A stretch of DNA of 63,275 nt, filler included, from Basidiobolus ranarum (GCA_040143965.1; 55 parts of 55 records of this genome joined end to end with filler, not necessarily neighbours in it), one strand, 5' to 3'; counted from the first letter of the whole stretch, positions 23,557 to 36,948 are shown. Program-made: numbers and translations. Notes: a model not told the origin generated them from the sequence alone.

Positions 23557-25646
23557 CAAAAGTAACAGAAGCAAGCAGCAGGTACTGCTTCAAACCTAGG
23601 CAACTGCTGAATATTCTTGTTAATACTTACATTATCCTATCTTTACTGTTTGGCGCATCATGCAAAATCAATATGTATCACAGTTTAATATAGTATAAAT
23701 TGCTTTAGTTAGATTACAATTGCTTATGTGTTTATGAAACACTGATAGTGTGAAATAGTCATATATCAAAAAGATCAATGATGGCCTATTAATACAAGCA
23801 GTTTCACTACAATCAAATGGAAAATATCTGTCAATAAAAAGCTTGCAAAGCCCTATTGGCTTGATATGGCTCAATCCGTTCACATTTTCACCCACTTAGA
23901 AGCTTACATGAATAAAGGAATAATTTGCTGATCTAAAAATGATGAATCAAACAATCCCAATCACTACTATTGTACTGCAGATTGATCCATCATTGAGTGC
24001 TGTCATTTTCACTGGTGTGCCAAAACTACTGGTGTTTTGTAATACAGGAGCTGTTGTGCCCAATTGAAAATCAGGATACTGTGGTAGTGGGGGCCAAATG
24101 ATAGGCCTAAAAATATGTGAATATCTTGATATACATTTCATTGCGTAAGCTACAGTACAAATTGTTTATTGTTNNNNNNNNNNNNNNNNNNNNNNNNNNN
24201 NNNNNNNNNNNNNNNNNTTAATTAATTAANNNNNNNNNNNNNNNNNNNNNNNNNNNNNNNNNNNNNNNNNNNNCTACCATTGATAGTACACTGAAATCTG
24301 ATTGGACAATAGCTTTTGTAGTAACAAAACAAATTGACTAGCTGCTTTCTGGTGGGTATTGGAGTATAGGAGCCACAGTATTTCTCAAATATAGCTTCTA
24401 AGGTGGTGATAGGAATGCCAGTAGTTGCTTTTGGATTAATGAGGGATGACTATTTAGAGTAGATGGAGAGCATGATATTAATCTTGTATTGAGCTGGCAC
24501 AATACTGATTGATCTGGCACTTGCAAGTTATTTATCTAAGAATTTCAATTAGCATGATAAAATTCTCTACATTCTGCTTGGTAAAATTTCTGTTTGCATT
24601 TATTATCCTAATTATTTCTATTATGTACAAAAGCATGGATATTATTTCATAAACTGCATCAGCAAAGTTAATCATAGTTTGATCCAATACAATGTATTTA
24701 GTGTACATATTAGACTTGTTCCATCAGACCAGGTCAGATCATGCCACTCAATCCAGCCTACTAGTACACAATCTGGTGCAATCTGTCAGTTACCATGGCT
24801 GGGTCCTATAACACTCAATTGGACACTATAAGGAACAATATGGCACTATCCAATCACAAATGGACACCATGATTTTATTGGATATATTGTGCCAGCCAGT
24901 ACCAAGTTACCCAATTTAGTATTGCAAAATTACAATTTTAGGAAACTGACAAAGTAAGTTCATCCCCTAGTTTGTAACTTACAAATTACTGAATGTGTAA
25001 CAATAGACAATGTATACTGTAACTTACCCAACCAAATGTATAAGTGAGACATTCACATGTTTTTAGGCCAATCATAAGTCCCTCACTACCACAGTATTCT
25101 GATTTTCAATTGGGCACAACAGCTCCTGCATTATGAAACACCAGTAGTTTTAGCTCACCAGTGACAAATCACAGCACTCAATGCTGGATCAATCTGCAGT
25201 ATGATAGTAGTGATCAGGATTGCTTGATTCATCATTTTTAGATCAGCAAATTATTGATTCAATAATGTAAGCTTCTAATTGGGTGAAAATGTCATGATTC
25301 TGATCTTGGCATACTGATCCACTGCANNNNNNNNNNNNNNNNNNNNNNNNNNNNNNNNNNNNNNNNNNNNTTAATTAATTAANNNNNNNNNNNNNNNNNN
25401 NNNNNNNNNNNNNNNNNNNNNNNNNNATGTAGAATGTGTCAAGGAAGGTCACAGGAACATGTGTGCCAAGTTTGGGACTTCTAGCACAAGTTCAAATAAT
25501 GCTATATATCTGAGAACTTCTAAGTTGGTAAAAAATATTCCAAGTAAATTGCAATTGAGAAAAATGGGTAATATCATAGTGAAATATAAGATAACTAAGT
25601 ACTATGCTATATATGACCATCTAGGTGTCTACACAATGGTAATTTC

Positions 25647-25994
25647 TGTTAAAGTATTTGGGAGCCTGTTGGAAGTGGTTTGGAGAATTAGAGGAATTGG
25701 TGGTTTTCACTTATTGATTTATTGAGTAGAAAGTTAACTTTTGTAGTTTTGTCAAGATGTAAAAAGACTAACATGCAGAATGTGTTAAGGAAGGTCCCAG
25801 AAACATGTGTGCAAAGTTTGGGGCTTCTAGCACAAGTTTGAAAAATCTATATATTTGAGAACTTTGAAGTTGGTGAAAATATTTCAAGTAAATTCCAATT
25901 GAGAATAATTGATAATATCTTAGTGAACTATAAGATAACTAAGTACTAAGCTATATATGACTATATAGGTGTTTAGGCAATGCTAATTTCAACA
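25647..25994 (-). mobile_element. Full copia LTR family B (348 bp), adjacent to a second partial LTR-B (25427-25646)
   Basis: TGTTAAAG...AATTTCAACA; same length as the PBS-flanked copy at 30650-30997. Confidence 0.88.
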
Positions 25995-26479
25995 GAAAGT
26001 GCTATAGTAGGTAATTTCTTTGAATTCCAAGAAATAGCTCCATTACAGCAAAGAAGTAAGCATCTTGTTGTAGATCTTCTGTGTTCATTATATCTTCTGC
26101 AATTTGCATCTTAACATCCCATCAGATCGAAGTTTAATCCAGAATATTTGTATTTTGAACATAGATCCACAGTACCTTTCAAATATCTGAAAATCAACAC
26201 AACTTCTATGAACTAATCTGATCCATGATTTTGAAGATATTAGCACATAGCTCCCATGGAATATTTAATATCTGGCCATGTACCAACCATGATATACAAC
26301 AATCAACCAACCATAGATTGGTAAGGAAATTTCTGGCTTTCATTTGACTCAAAGAAGGTCTGATCTGAGCCATTTTTGTTCCAGTTAAGATTTGTCTCCA
26401 TTTGAGTAGATACTGGATTATATTCTTCCTTTTTAAACTTCTTGAGTATATCTAGGATATACTTGGACTGGTTTAAAGT
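25995..26479 (-). mobile_element. Decayed copia RT/RNase H junction
   Basis: PYQSMVG, PDI, FRYLKGT and D.D motifs on the minus strand. Confidence 0.8.
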
Positions 26480-26579
26480 NNNNNNNNNNNNNNNNNNNNN
26501 NNNNNNNNNNNNNNNNNNNNNNNTTAATTAATTAANNNNNNNNNNNNNNNNNNNNNNNNNNNNNNNNNNNNNNNNNNNN

Positions 26580-27632
26580 AGGGCCATTCAGGGCCTCTTT
26601 TACAGTCTGGGGTTCATGTATTTGAGCTGTGCAGGCATAGGCCCAATTTTGGGACTCATTGATATAGTAATCAGGGCTATTTCTGATCCAATTTGATCCC
26701 CTGGTTTGGGATAAAGGTACTACAACTTCTGGCATTGTATTGGGCACCTCAGTAGGCAAAATATTGGTTGAACGGTCCATAGGAATGCTATTTTCTTCAT
26801 TGTTTTGGTTTGAATCAATTTGAATGATTGGATCAGGAGAAAGTTGATTTTTGTCATCATCTGAGATCATTTTGAGTGAAAATATTTCATTTTCATTAAA
26901 CAAAACATCCCTGGACTTGATTAACTTGGAAATTTTGGTATCATAGAGTCTGTAGGCCTTAGTTTGAGTACAATAACCCAGAAATATGCATTTCTTACTT
27001 TTTGGATCAAATTTAGACCAATTTTTGGTCATAATTTTGACATAAGCAATGCATCCAAAGATCCTCAAATGTTTTACATCAGGTTTAACTCCAAACCAAG
27101 CTTGATATGGTGTAGAGTTAGGCAGACTACTAGTAAAACTCCTATTCTTCAGATATACAGCTGTAGCAACAGATTCCGCCCAAAAGTTATGAGATAAATT
27201 TTGTGCATTTATCATAGATCTTGCCATTTCTATTATAGTCCTGTTAGCTCTTTCAGCAACTCCATTTTGTTGAGGTGAATAGGGAGCAGTAGTTTCTTGC
27301 TTAATTCCATGAACTTTGCAAAAGTGCTTAAATAGTGTTGAAGTATATTCTCCACCATTATCAGTACGTATTTTCTTGATTTTAGTTCCAGTTTCAGTCT
27401 CCACAAGTGTTTTAAAATCTCTAAAGATAGAGAGAGCTTCTTCTTTTCTTTCCATAAAGTAGACCCAAGTGTATCTTGTATAATCATCAATAAATGTGAT
27501 TAAATATCTTTTTCTGCCTAAAGATAAATTTTGCATAGGTCCACACATATCTGAATGAATTAGATCCAAATTTTTGACAGATTTGATTAAACCAGAGCTC
27601 TTGAACAGTTGCCTGGCTTGTTTTCCCTATAT
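26580..27632 (-). mobile_element. Copia integrase, open frame
   Basis: IHSDMCGP, FIDDYTR, RTDNGGEY, PQQNGVAERANRT, LRIFGC, KKCIFLGY. Confidence 0.95.
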
Positions 27633-27732
27633 NNNNNNNNNNNNNNNNNNNNNNNNNNNNNNNNNNNNNNNNNNNNTTAATTAATTAANNNNNNNNNNNN
27701 NNNNNNNNNNNNNNNNNNNNNNNNNNNNNNNN

Positions 27733-28701
27733 GGAAGTGTCAGCCAGCATCTCAAAAATCCAGGATCTGAGCACAAAACTGTAGTAAAACAAATATTTAA
27801 GTATTTGAGAGGAACTGTAGATCAAGTTCTGGAATACTCTGCCACTCCTGATGCACAAAATTTTGAAGGCTACGGTGATGCAGACTGGGGAAGAAACCTT
27901 GATGATAGAAGATCAACAACTGGGTACACTTTTCTCTTTGGTAATGGAGCCATAACTTGGAATAGTAAGAAGCAACCAACCATAGCACTTTCCACTACAG
28001 AAGCAGAGTGTATGGCTGCCTTTGCTACTACACAAGAAGCTATGTGATTAAGGAAGTTATTTACAGACTTAGGTTACATGCAAAAACGTGCTATTAATGT
28101 ATTTGAAGATAATCAAAGTTGTATTTCATTAGCTAAAAACCCTACATTTCATGCTCGAACAAAACATAGAGATATTAGGCATCATTTTGTTAGAGAAGCA
28201 ATAGAGAATGATTTAATTGAACTCGTCTATTGCCCTAGTGAAGAAATGATAACTGATATCTTAACCAAACCTTTAGCTAAAGCACAATTTGAATCATTAA
28301 GATGTAAGTTAGGTTTAAGAGAAATACAAAATAATTAGTTGAGTGGGAATGTAGAAATTAGGTAAATAGCAACTCATTATTTAGTAGTTGATTTATTCAT
28401 ATTCTGATTATTTAGCACTCAATTCTTTCATTCAAAAATTTGTGTTTATTGCTCTAATTGATAGAAATATCAATTAGATCACTTTTACCAATTTTCACTA
28501 TTTTCTCAAAACTTTTCCAAATCACCTCAAATTTTCACCCATGCCTAACAGGCATGTTTGTTATGATCTAAGCATGTCCAATAGTCCTATTTCATAATAA
28601 ACTATAAATAAGACATATTCAATTCAATAAAACTTAAGTGTCTAATGCACAAATCCAAATCTTGTCCAAAACACCTCCAAATCCCCTAAACGCTGTTATC
28701 A
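27733..28701 (+). mobile_element. Copia RNase H, PPT (GAGTGGGAA) and 3' LTR-A (28350-28701), inserted in CMC transposase sequence
   Basis: DADWG..DDRRSTTGY, ALSTTEAE, EDNQSCI, HARTKH, DILTKPL; stop at 28338; TG...CA LTR. Confidence 0.92.
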
Positions 28702-28984
28702 GAGACAGGATCAAAGCTTGAATCAATTGGGAAAATGCTTGAAAATGTCAAGATACCATCATATTTTACCAGGACTCCCATCAATNNNNNNNNNNNNNNN
28801 NNNNNNNNNNNNNNNNNNNNNNNNNNNNNTTAATTAATTAANNNNNNNNNNNNNNNNNNNNNNNNNNNNNNNNNNNNNNNNNNNNTCTCAGGCTTGGTTG
28901 AGGAGACTGCAGGTGAGGATTTTTCAATGTTTTTCTCACTGATCAGGTTCTGGTGAGAAAAAGAAGAATTTTCATCAATTTTGT

Positions 28985-29937
28985 TCTCAGATATATAGGT
29001 TTGCAACCCTGTGCTAGAAGCCCCAAACATTGCACACATGTTCCTGGGACCTTCTTTAACACATTATAAGTGTTAGTTTGCTTATATTTTGACAAAACTA
29101 TATATGTCAGCTTTCTACTTGATAAATCAATAAGTGAAAACCACCAATTCCTCTAACCCTCCAAACTACTTCCAACATGCTCCCAAATACTTTAACAGGT
29201 TATGAGCCCCAAGCTTGCACTCTCAATAATGTCTACTTCTCAAATTATGGAACTCTTCCCTCTTCTGAAAAATTGGATGGAACCAATTATCAAGTTTGGA
29301 AAATAAAAATGAAAATGCTGCTGCAAGAAAAAGAACTTTGTGACACTGTTGTAGGAGAAGAAAACAATGCAAAACTATCTGAAGCCAAAGTTTTACTTGA
29401 GGTTAAAAAAGAACTCAGTGCCTTTGACACAATATGTCTTAATCTTAAAGACAAATTGCTAATTAAATGTTCCAGAGCTAAAACTGCCAAGAAGGTATGG
29501 ACAGCCTTGGAAGAAACCTATCAAGCAGGTTCTGCTGCTAACAAGATGTTTCTCAGAAGACAATTCTTTAAGTTAAACACAAAGCCAGCAGAAGAAATTA
29601 AATCACTATTTAATAGAGTCGTATTTTTTTGCCATATTGGTTTTAATTATTTGAGCAAAACAATTAAAAATTACCTAATTTCTGGAATTCAAATCAACCC
29701 CCCCAACCAAAATGGAAATTTATGAGGGTTGTATATATGGAAAACAAGCCAGGCAGCTGTTCAAGAGCTCTGGATTGATCAAATCTGTCACAAAATTGGA
29801 TCTAATTTATTCAGATTTGTGTGGACCTATGCAATACTTTTCTTTAGGTAGAAATAGATATTTAATCACATTTATTGATGATTATGAAGGATACACTTGG
29901 GTCTACTTTATGGAAAGAATAGAAGAAGCTCTCTCTA
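28985..29937 (+). mobile_element. Copia LTR-B end (29197), PBS (29198-29209), gag, then jump to integrase (internal deletion)
   Basis: TTTAACA-GGTTATGAGCCC; EKLDGTNYQVWKIKMKMLL; CIYGKQAR..SDLCGP. Confidence 0.88.
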
Positions 29938-30037
29938 NNNNNNNNNNNNNNNNNNNNNNNNNNNNNNNNNNNNNNNNNNNNTTAATTAATTAANNNNNNN
30001 NNNNNNNNNNNNNNNNNNNNNNNNNNNNNNNNNNNNN

Positions 30038-30997
30038 CATTTTCTTCATTCTTTTGGTTGAGTCCTGATTTGCATAAATCTTCATCCAGAAGTCTGCCAA
30101 ATACATAATCTAAGGTCAAATTTTCAGTTCTTGATTCTAGAGCCATTACTAGGCTTTGAAACCTGTGTGGCAGGCCATTCAGGACTGTAACTATAATATC
30201 TTGATCAGTGGTAGGTACTCCAATGCATACCATTTCATCCACTAAAATACTGACTCTATTAATTGGTGATTTAATGTCTTCACCTGGCTTGATCTTTGAG
30301 TTAAAGAATTGTCTTCTTAGAAACATTGTGTTGGCAGCAGAACATGTTTGGAAGGTGTCTTCCAAGGCTTTCCATACTTTCTAATTAGCAATTTGTCTTT
30401 AACATTAAGACATATTGTGTTAAAGGCACTTTGTTCTTTTTTAACCTGGAGTAAATCATTGGCTTCAGATAGTTTTGCATTCTTTTCTTCTCCTACAATA
30501 GTGTCTCAAAGTCCTTTTTCTTGCGGCAGCATTTTCATTTTAATTTTCCAAACTTGATAATTGGTCCATCCAATTTTTCAAAAGAGGGAAAAGTTCCATA
30601 AATTTGAGATGTTGACATTACAGAGAGTGCAAGCTTGGGGCTCATAACCTGTTAAAGTATTTGGGAGCCTGTTGGAAGTGGTTTGGAGTACTAGAGGAAT
30701 TGGTGGTATCCACTTATTGATTTATTGAGTAGAAAGTTGACATTTGTAGTTTTGTCAAAATGTAAACAAACTAACATGTAGAATATGTTGAGGAAGGTCC
30801 CAGGAGCATGTGTGCAAAGTTTAGGACTTCTAGTACAAGTTTCAAAAGTCTATATATCTGAGAACTTCTAAGTTGGTAAAAATATTCAAAGTAAATTCCT
30901 CATGAGAATAATGGATAATATCTTAGTGAATTATAAGATAACTAAGTCCTAAGCTATATATGACTATATAGGTGTTTAGGCAATGCTAACTTTAACA
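30038..30997 (-). mobile_element. Copia 5' LTR-B (30650-30997), PBS (30638-30649) and gag
   Basis: rc GGTTATGAGCCC directly after the LTR; gag MFLRRQFF, LNGLP..LESR. Confidence 0.9.
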
Positions 30998-31319
30998 ATA
31001 ACAAGTATGTCTTAATACCACCACTTATCTATCATAGCTTATTACCCAAACTCCTGAATATCTCAAACAATTGATTTACTTCTCTACTANNNNNNNNNNN
31101 NNNNNNNNNNNNNNNNNNNNNNNNNNNNNNNNNTTAATTAATTAANNNNNNNNNNNNNNNNNNNNNNNNNNNNNNNNNNNNNNNNNNNNTGCTTTATGCC
31201 ATGTGTTGAGCAGAAGTTAGAGAAGAGTTTTGAGGTATATTCCCCTCCATTATCAGTATAGATATTCTTATTCTTAGGACCTGTTTGAGTCTCTACCATA
31301 GCTTGAAATTTCTTGAAGG

Positions 31320-32241
31320 TATCAAATTACTGGGTTTACTGCTGTAAGAATTTAAATGAATATGCAAGCCTTTATTTAGATATTTTTGGCTTTATATTCC
31401 AGCCATAATGAGATTCAAAAAATACAAGAATCTTGTTGTGTTTAGTCTCTGCATATGCACATACTGGACGGATTAGACATAACTAAACAACATTAATATG
31501 CTTTACCAGCAAACCAATGGTGGAAAAATTGCTGAACATCTGAAATTTTGAATAGCACTGACACTTTGGAAATAGTTGACTCCTATTACCATTTGCAATG
31601 AGAATAAGCTCTTGAATTTTGGCATATTGTTGTAAAGAATTCAGTCAGTATATCCCCAACTTGCAGTCAACAAATGCCCTGTCACAAGTAGATGTGTCAT
31701 TGCTTGAATAGATTACCCCATAGCTAAAACAATAACACTGCATATATTGATCTATCTCACCAATAAGTCTGTGTTGCAGCTTTCCTAAAAATACCATCAG
31801 ATTATCACACAAGTAAATTAGTCTGATTATAGAGGTACTCACTATGTGTCCATGGATTGGGTTTTGTTGCTGATATTGCATACAAACAATGCAAAAACCC
31901 ATGAGCACATTAAAAAGAGCCCTTTGTTGGTAGATTAATATACTCTGGAGTCTCCTTAAACCTTTGCATTACATCCATCACTGATTTTATTGATACATTG
32001 TAATTGGATTAGCATATGGTAATACTGACAATTTCACATGCAGTATCATTTCACCACAGGTGTGGTCCCTTGGGAACTCCCGGAATGTATAGCAAGGGCC
32101 TATAATCTCTAAGCTTTGTGAAAGATGCAGCAGGGAAGGTATTGAATACCAGCATAGATTCAGTCTATCTTCTTTAAACCTGTAATAAAGTTTTTCATAT
32201 CCAATTACAAAATCTTTGCACAGTTGCTGTATCAGCCTGAG
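31320..32241 (-). mobile_element. CMC transposase C-terminus continuing into the subterminal region
   Basis: SLLHLSQSLEIIGPCYTF..P...CGE...K.S..PYAN, continuous with sequence homologous to 1159-1790. Confidence 0.8.
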
Positions 32242-32341
32242 NNNNNNNNNNNNNNNNNNNNNNNNNNNNNNNNNNNNNNNNNNNNTTAATTAATTAANNN
32301 NNNNNNNNNNNNNNNNNNNNNNNNNNNNNNNNNNNNNNNNN

Positions 32342-33034
32342 ATGCATTGGAGTACCTACCACTGATCAAGATATCATAGTTACAGTCCTGAATAGCCAGC
32401 CACACAAGTTTCAGAGCCTAGTAATGGCTCTAGAATCAAGAACTGAAAATTTAATCTTAAAATGTGTGTTTGGCAGACTTCTGGATGAAGACTTATGCAA
32501 ATCAGGACCCAACCAAAAGAATGAAGAAAATGCTTTAATAGGCTATGGGGAACCTTCCTATAAAGATCAAAAGCACTCTAAGAAGAAAAGTAACACATCC
32601 TGTGATTTCTGTAAAAGAACTGGCCATTTAAGCAAAGATTGCTTTAAAAGAATTATTAAAGAAGAAAAATGTACTGAATCTGCAAATGTGGTTCCAACAA
32701 AAGATCACTTGTTCATATCTGCTCTATCTATGACTACCAACAAGGATTCTCCAATATGATATATTGATTCTAGAGCTCCCCTACATTTCACAAATGAAAA
32801 AAATTGGTTTGTGGATTATGAAGAATTCCCAATTAGAGAGGTTTTGATAGGAGATGGCTGCACACTGGATGCTATTGGAATGGGAGCAATTCAAGTCAAT
32901 TTAACTGGAGCTTCTGAAGAGAAAGTATATACTTTTAGGGATGTTCTACATGTTCCAGATATTGCCAAGAATTTAATATCTGTATGCAAGGCCACCTCAG
33001 AGGGGCTAAAATTCATTTTGATAAGTCAGAATAC
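32342..33034 (+). mobile_element. Copia gag zinc knuckle and protease, interrupted by a CMC end (33035-33393)
   Basis: CDFCKRTGHLSKDC; YIDSRA..H; DVLHVPDIAKNLISV. Confidence 0.88.
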
Positions 33035-33493
33035 CCATAACAGAAATTCAAGGATTGTTTTCATAGGAAAGCCATCACAATTTTAATCCATTTGGGATTG
33101 ACCATTTACTTACTGTCATAAAATTGTCAAGTTAGATTTAATTTTGATCAATTTGTGCAGTTTCAGGAGTGAAATATCAAGATCCTGCTAAATAGTTGTG
33201 CATAATTGGCTACAATCTCAGAGAACTATGGATATAGGGAACACATGTGCAAAACAAGTAACTCAAATTTTACACAATTACTACTTGAATGCTAATTTGG
33301 CACCTTTGAAATCCCTAGTCTCTTTGATATATTCTCCTGAATATTTTTATAGAGTTCTTCATACCCAAGGTTTAGCTCATACCCAACACAAGTNNNNNNN
33401 NNNNNNNNNNNNNNNNNNNNNNNNNNNNNNNNNNNNNTTAATTAATTAANNNNNNNNNNNNNNNNNNNNNNNNNNNNNNNNNNNNNNNNNNNN

Positions 33494-34545
33494 AGTCCTG
33501 GTAAAATATGATGGTATCTTGATGTTTTCAAGCATTTTCCTAATCATTTCAAACTTTGATCCTGTCTCAAATGGCTCAGTCCTATTGAATTTTCCACTAT
33601 ATAGCTGAGTAAGTAGTATTAGAATGCTATTGAATAGTAAGTGCATAGTGCCTGATGGGAAGCTCTGGCTCCAGCTGATCCCCTTTAGCAATATAATCTT
33701 AGGCTTATGGCTAATACCAACTTTGATGTTAAACCAACCATTTTATGAATTGATATCAGTGATCATGTTGAAATCTGACCAGGCTCTTGACAGTAAAATC
33801 ATGGAGTTTAGTGTTGTATTTGGATAGTAGTAATGTGTATGCCTAATAAAGTAAACTTCATTGATTTGACAAAATCTACAGCAAGATAGTGCATTCTGCC
33901 CACAAAAACCTCCAATTTTACTGATGGCAGGAGTGTCACCAATACATACAATGACATTTGCTTTAAGAAAATATTCACCCATCTGAACCCCATTAGATAA
34001 CCATTCAAATTCCGCAATCAAAGGCTCCAAGTAGCTTGCTATAAGCACTGGTGATTTAGGTCCAGATATGATGGATAGTATCAAACATTATGACTCTTAT
34101 ACTGTTGAAAAGGAGGAAGATATAAGTTGATTAAAATTCTTGGCCAGCAAGCCTTTCCAATAGTATGTTTGTTTAGTGAGAAACCATCCAGAGCCAATGC
34201 AAATGCATGATCATATGTGTTCTCAAAGAAACCTTGACTTTTCAGATTCTGGTAGTGAAATCCATCAAGTATATTGGTAATACCATCAGCTTTATGGTGA
34301 GTACTTTGGTATTGGATTGATGATCTATATTTGGGTGATTTCATCAAAACTTCAAGATGGGGAATCAATGGTGTGTGAGCCAAATATGAACAATGTTTAC
34401 CTGATTCAGTGATTGCTAATTGTGTGCAAACAGTACATGACTTCAGGTTTTTCAGATCACCAGTGAAAGCCAAACAACCATTTGGATATGAAGGTAGTTT
34501 AATTACTGAAGGATTATAAGTCATACAATTGACAAGTGTTTTCCA
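33494..34545 (-). mobile_element. CACTA/EnSpm-like transposase (decayed)
   Basis: Same motif set as 16193-17247. Confidence 0.88.
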
Positions 34546-34645
34546 NNNNNNNNNNNNNNNNNNNNNNNNNNNNNNNNNNNNNNNNNNNNTTAATTAATTA
34601 ANNNNNNNNNNNNNNNNNNNNNNNNNNNNNNNNNNNNNNNNNNNN

Positions 34646-34981
34646 AAGCTTACTCCTGTAGCAAAATCAGCCCTAATACCAATTGTTGCATATATGAGAC
34701 TTCCAACTGCACTAAAAAAAGCAATATGTTTCATGATTTCAATATCTTCAGAGGTCTTTGGTTCCATATTCTTAGTGAGTTTCAGCATACGTAGTGGATT
34801 TGAAGCTGTTTTACATTCTAACATATTGAATCTATTTAAAACATCTCCAAAATATTTTTCTTGTGTAATACAGAGTGTTCAATAGTGGAATTTTGATATG
34901 TCTGCATTCCATGACAATATGCTAGTAATCCAAGATCTTGAATTTCAAACTCAGTAGATAGCCAGGTCTTAGTTTGTATCA
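34646..34981 (-). mobile_element. Decayed copia RT C-terminal fragment
   Basis: SAVGSLIYATIGIRADFATGVS motif. Confidence 0.75.
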
Positions 34982-35697
34982 TCAGATTTGAGCAGGATAT
35001 TTCTTAGGTATGTGATTGGTCAGAAAATTATTGCCTTGTTTCTGAGCCCAATATCCTGATTCCTGATTGGCTGGAAAAATATCCTTTCTCTGACTACCGT
35101 ATTTTTCATTGGCAGAGATAACATGATGATTTCCAGAAGATGGTTCCAAATTGTTAGTATCCTCAGAGAAATTATCATGTTTTCTGGTATAAATTGGTGC
35201 ATTTCCAGTGCTGCCTAATGTTTCACTACTTGTATAGCTACTTGATGCCAGAATATCACATAATAGTTTGTTCTCCTTAGTTTCAGTACTTGTAGTGAAG
35301 TTTGAGACAGGATTATTGCTTGTTGGTTTTCTGCTAGGAATATTCACCACAGGGATTGGTAATGATTTGAGCTTTGTCATATATTCATTGGTGGATGATG
35401 TTTTAGACCTTGTCCCAGATGTGACATTTTCTATATCCTTTTTCTGATAACCATATTTTTCATTGGCAGAGATAATATGCTGATTTCCAGAAGTTGGTTC
35501 CAAATTATCAGTATTCTCAGAGTAATTATCAGGTTTTCTGGTATAAATTGATGCATTTCCAGTGCTGCCTAATGTTTCACTACTCATGTAGCTGCTTGAT
35601 TCCAGAATATCATATACTAGTTTGTTCTCCTTGGTTTCAGTACTTGTAGTGAAGTTTGAGACAGGATTATTGCTTGTTGGTTTTCTGCTAGGAATAT
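34982..35697 (-). CDS. Ser/Thr/Asn-rich ORF with a 354-bp (118-aa) in-frame tandem repeat
   Basis: SSETLGSTGNA.IYTRK.DN.SE occurs twice, 118 aa apart. Confidence 0.45.
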
Positions 35698-35799
35698 NNN
35701 NNNNNNNNNNNNNNNNNNNNNNNNNNNNNNNNNNNNNNNNNTTAATTAATTAANNNNNNNNNNNNNNNNNNNNNNNNNNNNNNNNNNNNNNNNNNNNAA

Positions 35800-36117
35800 A
35801 TGACCTCTAATGCAGATCTTTGTGTTAATAGCAAATATTCAAAAGGAGAAGTGGAGAAAGGTTCCGTGTGAACAGCAATTGAACACGGGTTAGTTGATCC
35901 TAAGAGATAGGGAAGCTCTGTTCGAAAGCGTACAATTCACCGCACCACCTATCAATAGGGAATCAGGTTAATATACCTGAACCAGGATATGGATTATGCA
36001 TTACGGCAACGTAAATGAACTTGGAGATACCAGGGAAGAGTTTTCTTTTCTTTTTAACAGCTTATCACCCTGAAAACAGATTAACTGGAGCTAGAGTTCA
36101 ATAGCTGGTGGAGCACT
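35800..36117 (+). pseudogene. Degenerate 28S (LSU) rRNA fragment
   Basis: Recognisable LSU blocks GCAGATCTT..TAGCAAATATTCAAA, GAAAGGTTCC, GGGTTAGT.GATCCTAAGAGAT and TTTTCTT.TTAACAGCTTATCACCC, with deletions and substitutions. Confidence 0.85.
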
Positions 36118-36848
36118 ACTGAAAACTGATTCAAATCCTTTTCAAAGATGATGAGATATGCAATATTCAAATACTTGAATAGCAGTGACCCAAGAGTCTC
36201 GCTTGGCCACCGTCCTTTTTATTTGCAATTCTCGTTTCTCCACAAAGACCCATTATAAGAGGATCATTTTGTACACAGTTGAGCAATAAGCGTAAAGAGT
36301 CTGGATAAACTTTAGTGTCAGCATCTATCATGAGCGCAATTTTGAAATAATCTGGTATGACTCCCATTAAGTGATGCATCTTCTTGAAGAGATCGTAATG
36401 CAATGGGGTCATGTGATCGTTATAGGTAACTCGGCTAAAGAAGTTCAAGATGATTTGCGAATCACGTTTACCTCTATTGCCAGGTCTAGGAGCACTTTGT
36501 TCTTCTGGAGTACCACATTTGACTACCACATTTGACTACCACAATTGTTAGTACTCTACGACCTTTGTGATTGAAGTGTCCAGCATATTCTTTTGCCATG
36601 TTGTGTTGTTTCGCACCTGCAGCAACTGCGATATAACTCATAGGTTCAGCATTTTCAAAAGCTGGATCAATTTCTAAGAGGTCAGTGCAAATGTTAGGTG
36701 TACTATGATCATTTCCACTACCAGTGATCATGCCATAAGCGACTATGTATAGTAGTTTATGGTCGTCACCATATTCTGTGGATGCCAGTCTTTCATTTGT
36801 TGAGCATATAGAACTTCCCCTTTGGAGTAGCTTGTGACTTATAGAATA
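36118..36848 (-). pseudogene. Chitin synthase catalytic-domain fragment (division II type), frameshifted
   Basis: [53 protein letters not shown]; a 13-bp tandem duplication at ~36513-36543 shifts the frame. Confidence 0.9.
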
Positions 36849-36948
36849 NNNNNNNNNNNNNNNNNNNNNNNNNNNNNNNNNNNNNNNNNNNNTTAATTAA
36901 TTAANNNNNNNNNNNNNNNNNNNNNNNNNNNNNNNNNNNNNNNNNNNN

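Noticed and set aside
35800-36117. Functional rRNA gene
   Set aside because: Deletions in conserved blocks and truncated by a chitin synthase fragment.
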